Shown here: one piece after another, positions 30,734 through 39,241 of the stretch
Numbering within the stretch: position 1 is the stretch's first letter
Layout of the letters: each line of letters begins with the position of its first letter
Source of the DNA: an uncultured Chloroflexia bacterium
Lineage (GTDB): Bacteria; Chloroflexota; Limnocylindria; QHBO01
Length of the DNA: 64,000 nucleotides
Assembly: GCA_963814375.1 (NCBI GenBank)
Contig: CAWFCQ010000008.1
Coordinates: forward strand, 128,001 to 192,000
Direction of reading: 5' to 3'
Notes under the pieces: generated by a model
What the model was told of the DNA's origin: nothing
Databases searched by the model: none
The model's input: the letters and a program-made list of their open reading frames with translations, nothing else
Made by a program: the position numbers and the translations under genes

Positions 30734-31804
30734 GTGGACTCCGACCGAACGCCACCGCCTGAACCGACCCTCGCCGACCAGGTCAGCCGGCTGTACGACC
30801 TGATCGGCGGCTATCACGCCACGCACCTGCTTGAGATCGCCCGTGAGCTCGGCGTCTGGGACGCCCTCGCCGAGCATGCCGGAACGACGAGCGATGCTCT
30901 CGCAGACCGGCTCGGAACCGACCCCTTCTACACCGATGTGCTGTGCCGGACCGCCCTCGCCTTCGGCTTCCTCGAGCGCGACGGCGGCGGGTGGCGGATG
31001 GCGCCGCACTTCGACCAGATCCTGGGCAACCCCGCGTCGAGCTTCTACCTGGCGCGCGCCGCACGCGTTCACATGCGCGTCGGCGAGGACTACGCCGACT
31101 ACGTGAGCCACTTCCGCCAGGGGACGACGACGTCCTACCAGGCGCACGACGATGCGTTCATGGGCGAGGTCGCGTCCGCGCTCGAGACGCTGCCGCGGAT
31201 CTTCCTGGATCTCGTGCTGCCGCGGCTCGCGGGCCTCGGGGCCCGGCTGGAGGAAGGCGGCCGGGTGCTGGATGTCGGCTGTGGCGGTGGATGGGCGGTC
31301 GTCCAGATCGCCGAGCGCTTCCCACGCGTCTCGTGCGTCGGGATCGACGTCGAGCCTCGTTCCGTGGGGCTGGCGAGGCGCCTGATCGCCGACCACGGCC
31401 TCGAAGGGCGCTGCGAGGCACGCGTGATGAGCGTGGACGAGCTGACCGAGGACGCGTCGTACGACGTCGCCACCAGCTTCCTGGTGGTCCACGAGATCGC
31501 GCCGAGGCTCAAGCCCGGCGCCTTCACCGCCGTGGCGCGGGCGCTTCGGCCGGGCGGCCACTTCCTGATCTTCGACGAGGCGTACCCAGAGACGGACGAA
31601 GCGCTGCGCACCATGCCAACTCGCTTCGCCGCCCTCGCCCAGTGGTACGAGCTGACCTGGGGCAATGTCGTCAGCACCAGGACCGAGCTGCATGCCCTCT
31701 GCGCCGATGCGGGTCTGCGCGTCAGCGACGAGACGAGCTTTTCGCGGTTCCACATCATCGTGGCAACCAAGGACGAGGCGGAGCGGGAGCCCGCTACAGC
31801 CTGA
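30734..31804 (+). CDS. Class I SAM-dependent methyltransferase with N-terminal winged-helix/dimerisation domain
   Basis: VLDVGCGGG, GID, YDVATSFLVVHE, ALRPGG; N-terminal ELGVWDAL...LADRLG. Confidence 0.85.
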   Translation: MDSDRTPPPEPTLADQVSRLYDLIGGYHATHLLEIARELGVWDALAEHAGTTSDALADRLGTDPFYTDVLCRTALAFGFLERDGGGWRMAPHFDQILGNPASSFYLARAARVHMRVGEDYADYVSHFRQGTTTSYQAHDDAFMGEVASALETLPRIFLDLVLPRLAGLGARLEEGGRVLDVGCGGGWAVVQIAERFPRVSCVGIDVEPRSVGLARRLIADHGLEGRCEARVMSVDELTEDASYDVATSFLVVHEIAPRLKPGAFTAVARALRPGGHFLIFDEAYPETDEALRTMPTRFAALAQWYELTWGNVVSTRTELHALCADAGLRVSDETSFSRFHIIVATKDEAEREPATA

Positions 31805-32327
31805 AGATGGCGCTCACGCTGGCGACCGCAGCGACCGCACCCGCGGCCATCGCCGGGCCGAGGCGCGCGAGCCTTGGTCGACGGCTCCCGGAGACGACCA
31901 CCACCAGTGCGGCCACCACGGAGCCGATCACCCCGGCCGCGGCCGCGGCGGTAGCGTGCGCCAGCTGCGGCGACGCGCTGCCGACCTGGCGCTCCCCGCT
32001 CATGACCAAGCCGAGGATGATCGCGGCCAGGGAGGCAAAGAGGCCCGCGCCGACCGTCGCCGTCCAGGCCCGCGTGACGCCGAGCTGCGTCGCACCGGTG
32101 AGGGCGGCTCCCGCCGCAATGGCCACGGCGACCGCATAGGTCGCCGGATGCGCGCTGCTCGCGTCGGTAGGGGGCGCAACGACGAACCAGCCCAGCGCGA
32201 CGGCTGGGCCGGCAAGCATGCCGAGCGCGGCGATCCACGTCAGCGGTCGGGTCCAGTCCTCGGGGTCCTCGGGCGGGACGACCTCACCGAGGCGCACGCT
32301 GATCGGGACGTTGTCCTCGTCGCTCAC
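31794..32327 (-). CDS. Hypothetical membrane protein
   Basis: VPPEDPEDWTRPLTW followed by about 5 TM segments; start overlaps the stop of the MshC-like gene. Confidence 0.65.
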   Translation of the reverse strand: MSDEDNVPISVRLGEVVPPEDPEDWTRPLTWIAALGMLAGPAVALGWFVVAPPTDASSAHPATYAVAVAIAAGAALTGATQLGVTRAWTATVGAGLFASLAAIILGLVMSGERQVGSASPQLAHATAAAAAGVIGSVVAALVVVVSGSRRPRLARLGPAMAAGAVAAVASVSAIFRL

Positions 32328-33589
32328 GCCGCCGCGATGTCGTGCGCGGCGACCGCGGACACGAGGCGCAGGCCGAGGATGCGCCCCGCGAGCTCCCGGA
32401 CCGCCGCGCCCGCCCGAGCCGCCGTGGCCGGATCGTCCGCGTCGATCGCAAGGCGTGCGAGGGCCTCGAGCTCAGTCAGCGCCCGCGGCGTGTCGAGGTC
32501 GTCGTCGAGCGCGGCCAGGAACGCCTCGCGATGCCTCGCGATCGTCCGGTCGACATCGTCCGCCCGGCTCGGCTGGCCGTCAGCGCCGAGATCTTCGGCC
32601 CGCGCGGCCCGGGCGAGGAGCGCGACGGCATCGGCCGAGCGGTCGAGGTCCGCCGGGCGGAAGTGCACCTCCGACCGATAGTGATGGCTGAGCAGGTAGT
32701 GGCGGATCGCGTCGCCACCGTGCGTCGCGAGCAGGTCGCGGACGAGCACGAGGTTGCCGAGTGACTTGCTCATCTTGGCGTCGTCGAAGTGCAGCATCCC
32801 GGCGTGCATCCACCACGCCACGAATGGCCGCTCGCCGGTGGCGCCCTCCGCTTGGGCGCGCTCCGACTCGTGATGGGGGAACAGCAGGTCCGCGCCGCCG
32901 CCGTGGATCTCGAACCGGCTGCCGAGATAGGCCATCGACATCGCCGAGCACTCGATGTGCCACCCGGGGCGGCCGGGACCCCATGGCGACTCCCAGGCCG
33001 GCTCATCGGGGAGCGAACGCTGCCACAGCACGAAGTCGAGCGGCTGGCGCTTGCCGGGCATGTCCGGCACGTTGCCGCGCTCGTTGGCGATCGGCAGCAT
33101 CGCATCGCGAGGGATGCCAGACAGCTCGCCGTACGAGGGGTCGGAATCGACCGAGAAGTAGACGTTCCCCTCGGCCTGGTAGGCGAGGCCATTGTCGAGG
33201 AGCCGCGCGATCAGCTCCTGCATCTGCGGGACGTGCTGGGTGGCACGCGGATAGTGGTCGGGCGGAAGCCAGTTCAGGGCGGCCATCTCGGCCAGGAACG
33301 TCTCAACCCATCGGTTGCCCAGCGCGAGATAGTCCTCGCCCGACTCGCGCGCCTTGCGCAGCATGTCGTCGTCGACGTCGGTCAGGTTCTGAACGTAGGC
33401 GACGTCGTGGCCCAGGTACTCGAGATACCGATGCAGCAGGTCGAAGCTGACATAGGTGAAGGCATGACCGAGGTGCCCGGTGTCGTACGGCGTCACTCCG
33501 CAGACGTAGAGGCCCACTCGGTCGCGGCCGGGGATCGGCTCGAAGGCGTGCAGCGCGCGACGGCGAGCATCGTAGAGGCGGAGGGTCAC
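32324..33589 (-). CDS. MshC-like cysteine ligase (CysRS paralog lacking the anticodon-binding domain)
   Basis: YVCGVTPYD..HLGH (TPYD as in MshC; CysRS typically TVYD), YVQNLTDVDD, GRPGWHIECS, GGADLLFPHHE, KMSKS; ends after the DALR-like ALDDDLDTP..LGL. Confidence 0.75.
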   Translation of the reverse strand: MTLRLYDARRRALHAFEPIPGRDRVGLYVCGVTPYDTGHLGHAFTYVSFDLLHRYLEYLGHDVAYVQNLTDVDDDMLRKARESGEDYLALGNRWVETFLAEMAALNWLPPDHYPRATQHVPQMQELIARLLDNGLAYQAEGNVYFSVDSDPSYGELSGIPRDAMLPIANERGNVPDMPGKRQPLDFVLWQRSLPDEPAWESPWGPGRPGWHIECSAMSMAYLGSRFEIHGGGADLLFPHHESERAQAEGATGERPFVAWWMHAGMLHFDDAKMSKSLGNLVLVRDLLATHGGDAIRHYLLSHHYRSEVHFRPADLDRSADAVALLARAARAEDLGADGQPSRADDVDRTIARHREAFLAALDDDLDTPRALTELEALARLAIDADDPATAARAGAAVRELAGRILGLRLVSAVAAHDIAAA

Positions 33590-33705
33590 GCTGCGGATTC
33601 TAAAGCGGATCGGCTCGACGCTCGTCGGGGGCACTTGGCGCTGGACGCGACCGATAGAATCTGCGACCGACGGTGTCTGCTGCCTCGCACGTTACGGAGC
33701 CGAGC

Positions 33706-33810
33706 ATGGAAGTACTGCGGTGGTTGCTCTTCTTCGCGATCGCGATGTTCCTGATCGTGGCCGGAATCTTCTTCGTCCTCGGCCGTCCGCTGCCGATCCC
33801 GAACTTCTAG
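33706..33810 (+). CDS. Small 34-aa single-TM protein
   Basis: MEVLRWLLFFAIAMFLIVAGIFFVLGRPLPIPNF*; GGAG RBS; TAGAAT at 33655-33660; GC-rich third positions. Confidence 0.6.
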   Translation: MEVLRWLLFFAIAMFLIVAGIFFVLGRPLPIPNF

Positions 33811-33814
33811 CCCG

Positions 33815-34264
33815 TCACCACAGGTCGGGCTTCGTGCTCATCAGGAAGCCGATGACCCCGATCACGCCAGCCATGCCGTAGGCCACGTAGCGCTGCTGGT
33901 GGGCACGCCGCCGCCACGTCGCCTCATCGGCGCCGGAGTCGCGCATGCCGATGAGCCGTCTCAGGTTCGGGCGGCTGATGACGGCGGCGACGACGAGGTT
34001 GATCGCGTACAGCGTCAGCGCGACCAGCAGCCACGGCTCGGTGAGCAGCTCAGGCCCCAGGATCCACAGCATCGCGCCGCCGGTGATCGCCAGGCCGGCC
34101 GCGATGACGAGCGTGCCGGTGCCCTGCATCGCCATCAGGAACCGTGTGAACCGGCCGGGCTCGCCACCGCTGCGCCGCAGCACGAAGGGAAGCAGGACGC
34201 TGGGCAGGAGCAGCGCCACCGCCAGCGCGATGTGGGTGATGAGGAGGACGGGGAACCAGTTCAT
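33815..34264 (-). CDS. DUF2269-like membrane protein
   Basis: Four TMs; LLITHIAL, EPWL, FLMSTKP C-terminus typical of DUF2269. Confidence 0.7.
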   Translation of the reverse strand: MNWFPVLLITHIALAVALLLPSVLLPFVLRRSGGEPGRFTRFLMAMQGTGTLVIAAGLAITGGAMLWILGPELLTEPWLLVALTLYAINLVVAAVISRPNLRRLIGMRDSGADEATWRRRAHQQRYVAYGMAGVIGVIGFLMSTKPDLW

Positions 34265-34314
34265 CGACTGGTCCCGATGCTAGCGCACCGCCTGTCGGGC
34301 CGCGGGACGCTCAG

Positions 34315-34662
34315 TCAGCGGCCCTTGGTGAAGGTGGTGTGGACGCCGGCCCGGCGCAGGAGCGTCGGGATGTTGACCGCCCAGCCGACGCCGAGCGGGC
34401 GTGCGGTGAACACCTTCGGCGAGTGCGGGTTCCAGTACGCCTGCCGGAGGCCCTCCACGGTAGGCAGCCGGAAGTCGTACGGCACGGTCCCGAGGAGCTT
34501 GCCATGCCACGTACGTTCGGCAGACGGCTTGCTCAGCTCGGTGTAGAGCGCTCCGGCCACCGCCGCGACCAGGCTCATCTTCAACAGCCACATGAACGCG
34601 CCGAACTCGCCGCGGGCGGTGTCGGCGCGGCGCGAGATGTCTGTGCGGACGTCGTCGATCAT
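34315..34662 (-). CDS. DUF5808-like small membrane protein
   Basis: AAGGAGG RBS before ATG 34662; ERTWHGK..VPYDFRLPT...YWNP...GVGWAVN. Confidence 0.7.
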   Translation of the reverse strand: MIDDVRTDISRRADTARGEFGAFMWLLKMSLVAAVAGALYTELSKPSAERTWHGKLLGTVPYDFRLPTVEGLRQAYWNPHSPKVFTARPLGVGWAVNIPTLLRRAGVHTTFTKGR

Positions 34663-34783
34663 GGGTCCTCCTTGGCGGTGCTGCCTCGCAAGCGGCGTGC
34701 CGCGTGGCATCATGGGCGGGCCGATCCGCCACGCACGTACCTTACCGCGCGGCGGCCCCGTCGAACGAGCGATCTGCCGAACG

Positions 34784-35752
34784 ATGACGAGCGCGCTGCC
34801 CTTCCTCGACGCCGACGCCATTCGCGCGGCGGTGCCGGTCGAAGAGCTGCTCGACGCCGTCGAGCGCGCCTATCGCGACGTTGCCGAGGGCCGCGACCGG
34901 TCACCGCTCCGCTCTCGCGTCGAGCTTCCCGGAGGCGATCTGCTGCTCATGCCCGGCGTTCGCGCCGGGGGATCGGGATCGACGGTCAAGCTCGTGACGG
35001 TCGTGCCGGCGAACGCGGAGCGCGGGCTCCCGACGATCCAGGCACTCGTGATCTGGTTCGACGCCGAGACCGGCCGACCGCTGGCCATCCTTGATGGCGA
35101 GACCGTGACCGCGATGCGGACGGGCGCCGCATCCGGCGTCGCGACCCGGCTCCTGGCGCGTCGGGACGCCGCGACGCTGGGAGTGATCGGGGCCGGCGGC
35201 CAGGCGGAGTGGCAGGTGCGCGCGGTCGCCGCGGCACGTCCCATCCGGCGGGTGATGGTCTATGCGCGATCGCCGGTCGCCCGACGCGCCTTCGCACGGC
35301 AGATCGCCGACGCGCTGGGCATCGAGGCAACGGTCGTGGGCAGCGCCGAAGAGGCGGTCGCCACCGCCGACGTCGTGTGCTGCGCCACCACCTCCACCAC
35401 ACCGGTGTTCGATGCCGATGCGATCCGGCCGGGCACGCACGTGAACGGCATCGGCGCTTTTCGGATCGGCATGGTCGAGATCCCGCCCGAGCTGTTCGGA
35501 CGGGCCGATCTCGTCGCCGTGGACTCCCGTGCCGCCGCTCGCGCCGAGGCAGGCGACCTGGTCGCCGCGATCGAGCGTGGGCTACTTGCGGAAGCGGACC
35601 TGGTGGAGCTCGGAGAGGTCGCCCCGGCCTGGGCGTCCGAACGCAGGCCCGAGGCGGTCACCGTCTTCAAGTCGGTCGGGCTGGCCATCCAGGACGTCGC
35701 CGCGGCGGAGATCATCGCCGATCGCCTGCTCCGAACCGAGGACGGCGGCTGA
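34784..35752 (+). CDS. Ornithine cyclodeaminase/mu-crystallin family protein
   Basis: LLMPG, VKLVTV..N..RGLP, TAMRTGAAS, GVIGAGGQA, HVNGIGA, FKSVGLAIQD. Confidence 0.9.
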   Translation: MTSALPFLDADAIRAAVPVEELLDAVERAYRDVAEGRDRSPLRSRVELPGGDLLLMPGVRAGGSGSTVKLVTVVPANAERGLPTIQALVIWFDAETGRPLAILDGETVTAMRTGAASGVATRLLARRDAATLGVIGAGGQAEWQVRAVAAARPIRRVMVYARSPVARRAFARQIADALGIEATVVGSAEEAVATADVVCCATTSTTPVFDADAIRPGTHVNGIGAFRIGMVEIPPELFGRADLVAVDSRAAARAEAGDLVAAIERGLLAEADLVELGEVAPAWASERRPEAVTVFKSVGLAIQDVAAAEIIADRLLRTEDGG

Positions 35753-35759
35753 CAGGCCC

Positions 35760-36866
35760 TCAGCCAGGCTCGCCAGCAGCCGGTCGACCAGGCCGCGCAG
35801 TGCGGATCCACTCGGGCGTCACGACGGGTCCCGACACCCATCCAGCCGGTGCACTGGCATCACGGGCCCGCTCGGCGTCGGTGAAGCGCTCGAAGGCCAC
35901 GACGCGGTGCGTCGGATCGAGATCGGCGACAACGGGCGCCGCCACCGGCGCGGGCGCGGCCACCACCGGGGCGGCGGGGGCATCGGCGACCGTGACGACC
36001 ACCGGCTCGGGGTTCGCGGGTGGCGGAGGCGGCGGGGCGGCGATGCCGGCTTGGCCTCCACCGGGTTGTTCCGTCGTCGTCGGTGCGGGCGTCGGCGTGG
36101 GCTGAACCGTGGGTACCGGCGTTGGCGCCGGTGTCGGGGCCGGCGCCGTCGAGGGCGGCGGGACGGCCGGGGTCGGCTGAGCCGTCGGCACCGGTGTGGG
36201 CGTGGGCCGCGGTGTCGGCGCGGGTGTCGGCGGCGGGGCCGGCGGCGGCGCGGCGCTCACCACCACGCCGGCGTAGTAGATGCCCAGGATCTGGGCGGCG
36301 CTCTTGCCTGCGAGCCCGCACGACTGCGTGCCCCACTGGTACATGCGCCAGCCGTTCGCGTTGGCGCCGCACGGCTCGCTCGGAGCGCCGGCGTTGTAGT
36401 ACGTCGCGAAGATGCGGCCCCCCTTGAGGGCCAGCGTCGTCCAGGTGGCGTCCACCGCCGAAGCCATTGAGGCGTAGGTCGGGCGAGACGGGTCGTAGTG
36501 CTGGTCGCGGGTCGAGTCGAAGACATCGAAGCAGGCGCCCGAAGCGTTGACATAGCCGCGCCAGTGGAGGACCTGGTACCAGGCGTAGTTCTTGACGGCC
36601 AGGGCGCCCGACCTCAGCGACTCGGTCGTCCACGAGCTGATCCACTCTCGGCTCAGGACGTTCTTGGTGTAGGCGCGGAAGTCGACCGTCTCGACGGCGC
36701 CGGTTGCCGTTCGGAATACACGAATCGTTGGCGGGGGCACGGTCTCGGACCGATACGTCCCGCACGCTCCGGCCGCGGCCGCGCGCGACGGCGACGTCAT
36801 CGGCGCGATGGCGACGACCGCCACGATGATGACGAGCGCGCTCGTCAGGGTCTCTCGTCGGTGCAT
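35760..36866 (-). CDS. SpoIID/LytB-like secreted protein with Pro/Thr-rich tail
   Basis: Signal peptide; YTKNVLSREW..SW..ESLRSGALAVKNYA, DSTRDQHY, MYQWG, QILGIYY. Confidence 0.75.
   Translation of the reverse strand: MHRRETLTSALVIIVAVVAIAPMTSPSRAAAAGACGTYRSETVPPPTIRVFRTATGAVETVDFRAYTKNVLSREWISSWTTESLRSGALAVKNYAWYQVLHWRGYVNASGACFDVFDSTRDQHYDPSRPTYASMASAVDATWTTLALKGGRIFATYYNAGAPSEPCGANANGWRMYQWGTQSCGLAGKSAAQILGIYYAGVVVSAAPPPAPPPTPAPTPRPTPTPVPTAQPTPAVPPPSTAPAPTPAPTPVPTVQPTPTPAPTTTEQPGGGQAGIAAPPPPPPANPEPVVVTVADAPAAPVVAAPAPVAAPVVADLDPTHRVVAFERFTDAERARDASAPAGWVSGPVVTPEWIRTARPGRPAAGEPG
36020..36250 (-). repeat. Low-complexity Pro/Thr/Ala (PTPAP-like) coding repeats
   Basis: PPPAPPPTPAPTPRPTPTPVPT...PTPTPAPT in the SpoIID-like tail. 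Confidence 0.7.
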
Positions 36867-36931
36867 TGAACAAGCACCGTATCGGTCCCCCAACCGCACC
36901 ACACCCCACCGAAAGTACCGGGTTCGGCGGG

Positions 36932-37817
36932 TCAGTCAGCCCAGCGGTGTACCCGTTCGCGGACCGTGTCGAAGCCCAGCTCGTCGCATAGACCGATGAA
37001 CGCGGCGCGCGGCACCCCGTGCCACTCGAGGTCCTCGAGCGACCGGGTCGTAGTCACCGAGGTCGGCCTCTCGGTTGAGCGTGGCGAGGGTCCGAAACAG
37101 GATCGCGTCGTCTCGTCGCTCGGCGAGCGTCGAGGCCAGGCGGGACGCGTTGCGGATGTCCACGCCCCAGTCGAGCACCGATGGCGGAATGTCGTCGATG
37201 TGCCCGAACTTGGCCAGCACCGCCGCAGCACTCTTGGCACCCCATCCGGGAAGGCCCGGATAGCCATCGCTGCTGTCGCCGACGAGCGCAAGGTAGTCGG
37301 CGATCGAGCCGGGGGAGACGCCGAACTTGGCGATGACGCCGGGCTCGTCGTAGGTGATGTTCCGCATCCGGTCACGCAGGACGATGCGCTCGGCGTCGAC
37401 GAGCTGAGAGAGGTCCTTGTCGACGGAGCAGATCACGGTCTGCTCGAGGCGCGGATCGGCCGAGAAGCGTTCAACGGCGGTGGCGATCGCATCATCGGCC
37501 TCGTCGGGAACCATGGGCCACACCCGCATGCCGAGGGCGAACAGCGCGCGCTCCGCGTCGCGGAACTGGGCAAGAAGGGCCGGGTCGATGCCGGCGCTCG
37601 ACTTGTAGCCCGGATAGAGGTCGTTCCGCCACGATTCGATGACGTAGTCGGTGGCCGCGCCGATGTGGGTGAGGTCCGGCTCGCGCAGCAGCGACAGCAT
37701 GGAGTCGATCAGGCCCTGGACCGCGTTCACCGGCCTGCCATCGGGCGCGCGACGCGGCGGTCGCGAGTAGTAGGCGCGGAACAGCTCGAAGGTGGCGTCT
37801 ACGAGGTGGAGCTTCAT
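36932..37817 (-). CDS. 5'-3' exonuclease / flap endonuclease (PolA N-terminal-like); frameshift near 37045
   Basis: LHLVDATFELFRAY, RNDLYPGYK, EADDAIAT, SVDKDL, LVGDSSDGYPGLPGWGAK; C-terminus LEDLEWHG...WAD in another frame. Confidence 0.87.
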
Positions 37818-38005
37818 CGGTCTGCTCGATGGTAGCGGTAAGCGGCTGGTAATCAGGCTTGTGGAAGATGGAGCGCCGGACGCGCGGCGTGAAGGAGCGT
37901 GCCCTGCTTCGCCGGGTCGGACTCCCATCGTGCCCGGCACTCACCCGCGCGTCCCTCCGCGCACGGGTTGACACGTCCCGGACGATGGATGTGGAGGACT
38001 TTCCC

Positions 38006-39232
38006 ATGCAAACACGCTTCTTCCATCGCGCTGCCGTATTGGCGGCCATCGCCCTCTTCATATTCGTCGCCCCAGCCGCGGCCGGTGACTTCCGCGGCGG
38101 CCAGACCGCCACCGTGGCGGAGGGCGAGACGATCGACGACGACCTCTACGTGGGCGCCGGCACGGTCACGATCGCCGGCACGGTGAACGGCGACGCCACC
38201 ATCGGTGCCGGGACCGTCACGCTCACCGGCACGGTGACCGGATCGCTGAACGTCGCCGGCGGGAGCATCGACGTGCTCGGCGACGTCGAGGGTGCGGTCC
38301 GCGTCTCCGGCGGCACGGTACGCGTCGCGGGAACGGTCGGTCGGGACGTCGTCACCTTCGCGGGGACGACCACGATCCAGGCCGGCGCCGAGGTCGACGG
38401 CGACGTCGCGGGCGCCGGAGGCTCGGTCTCGATCGGGGGCTCGGTCGGCGGCGACGTCCTCGTTGGCGCCGGCACGCTCGAGATCACGGGCGCCGTCGAG
38501 GGCTCAGTGGACACACAGGTCGGCGATCTCGTCATCGGCCCGGAGGCGACGATCGGAGGCGACGTCACCTACACCTCGACTCGAGAGGCCCGGATCGCCG
38601 ACGGCGCGACGATCGAAGGCTCGGTCACGCAGAACGAGCCGGCCGAGGGCACGGACGGTGGAGGCCAATCGGTCATCAGCGACAACCCGGTGGTGAGCTA
38701 CCTCGGCATCCTTCTCGGATTGCTCTTGCTCGGCTTCGGGTTGCTGCTGGTGCGATCACGGCTGGCGCTGGGCAGCGCCGACGCGCTCCGGACGGCCGCG
38801 CTTCCCTCGCTGGGCTGGGGACTCGTGGCCTGCATCGGCCAGTTCCTGCTCGTGATCTTCCTCGTGATCGCGGCCGTTCTCTTCGCGCTGCTGGCCGGGT
38901 CGCTTGGCGGCGCATTCGGGGTTGCCGCGGTCATCGTGTCCATGCTCATCGTCATCCTGGTCTTCCTCTCGGCCGTGCCGGTGGCCATGGCGGTCGGACA
39001 GCTGGTCCTGACGCGGTCCGGATCGCCGTATCTGCAGTACCTGGTCGGCGCGGCGATCGTGGCCCTCGTGCTGGTGGCCAGCGGATTCGTGCCCGTCCTT
39101 GGCGGAATTGCCTTCCTGCTCCTGTGGATCCTGGGCCTCGGCGCCTTCGTCATCTATCTGTGGCGGACGCGTGACGAGCCGACGATCGACACGACGCCAC
39201 CGCCGGCCCCGGCGGCGGCACCGGCTGCCTGA
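38006..39232 (+). CDS. Bactofilin/polymer-forming beta-helix repeat membrane protein
   Basis: GGAGG RBS; signal peptide; many (G-T-V-x-G-D)-type repeats; C-terminal five TMs. Confidence 0.75.
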   Translation: MQTRFFHRAAVLAAIALFIFVAPAAAGDFRGGQTATVAEGETIDDDLYVGAGTVTIAGTVNGDATIGAGTVTLTGTVTGSLNVAGGSIDVLGDVEGAVRVSGGTVRVAGTVGRDVVTFAGTTTIQAGAEVDGDVAGAGGSVSIGGSVGGDVLVGAGTLEITGAVEGSVDTQVGDLVIGPEATIGGDVTYTSTREARIADGATIEGSVTQNEPAEGTDGGGQSVISDNPVVSYLGILLGLLLLGFGLLLVRSRLALGSADALRTAALPSLGWGLVACIGQFLLVIFLVIAAVLFALLAGSLGGAFGVAAVIVSMLIVILVFLSAVPVAMAVGQLVLTRSGSPYLQYLVGAAIVALVLVASGFVPVLGGIAFLLLWILGLGAFVIYLWRTRDEPTIDTTPPPAPAAAPAA

Positions 39233-39241
39233 GGGCGAGCC

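Noticed and set aside
32324-33589. Annotation as canonical cysS
   Set aside because: It has the MshC-type TPYD signature and lacks the C-terminal anticodon-binding domain. It is not named mshC either, because the other mycothiol genes are not visible.
36020-36250. Tandem repeats as a CRISPR array or VNTR
   Set aside because: They are irregular Pro/Thr coding repeats inside a gene, with no constant repeat-spacer structure and no cas genes.
38120-38640. Repetitive GGCGACGTC-rich tract as a DNA repeat element
   Set aside because: Explained by protein-level beta-helix repeats of the bactofilin-like gene.
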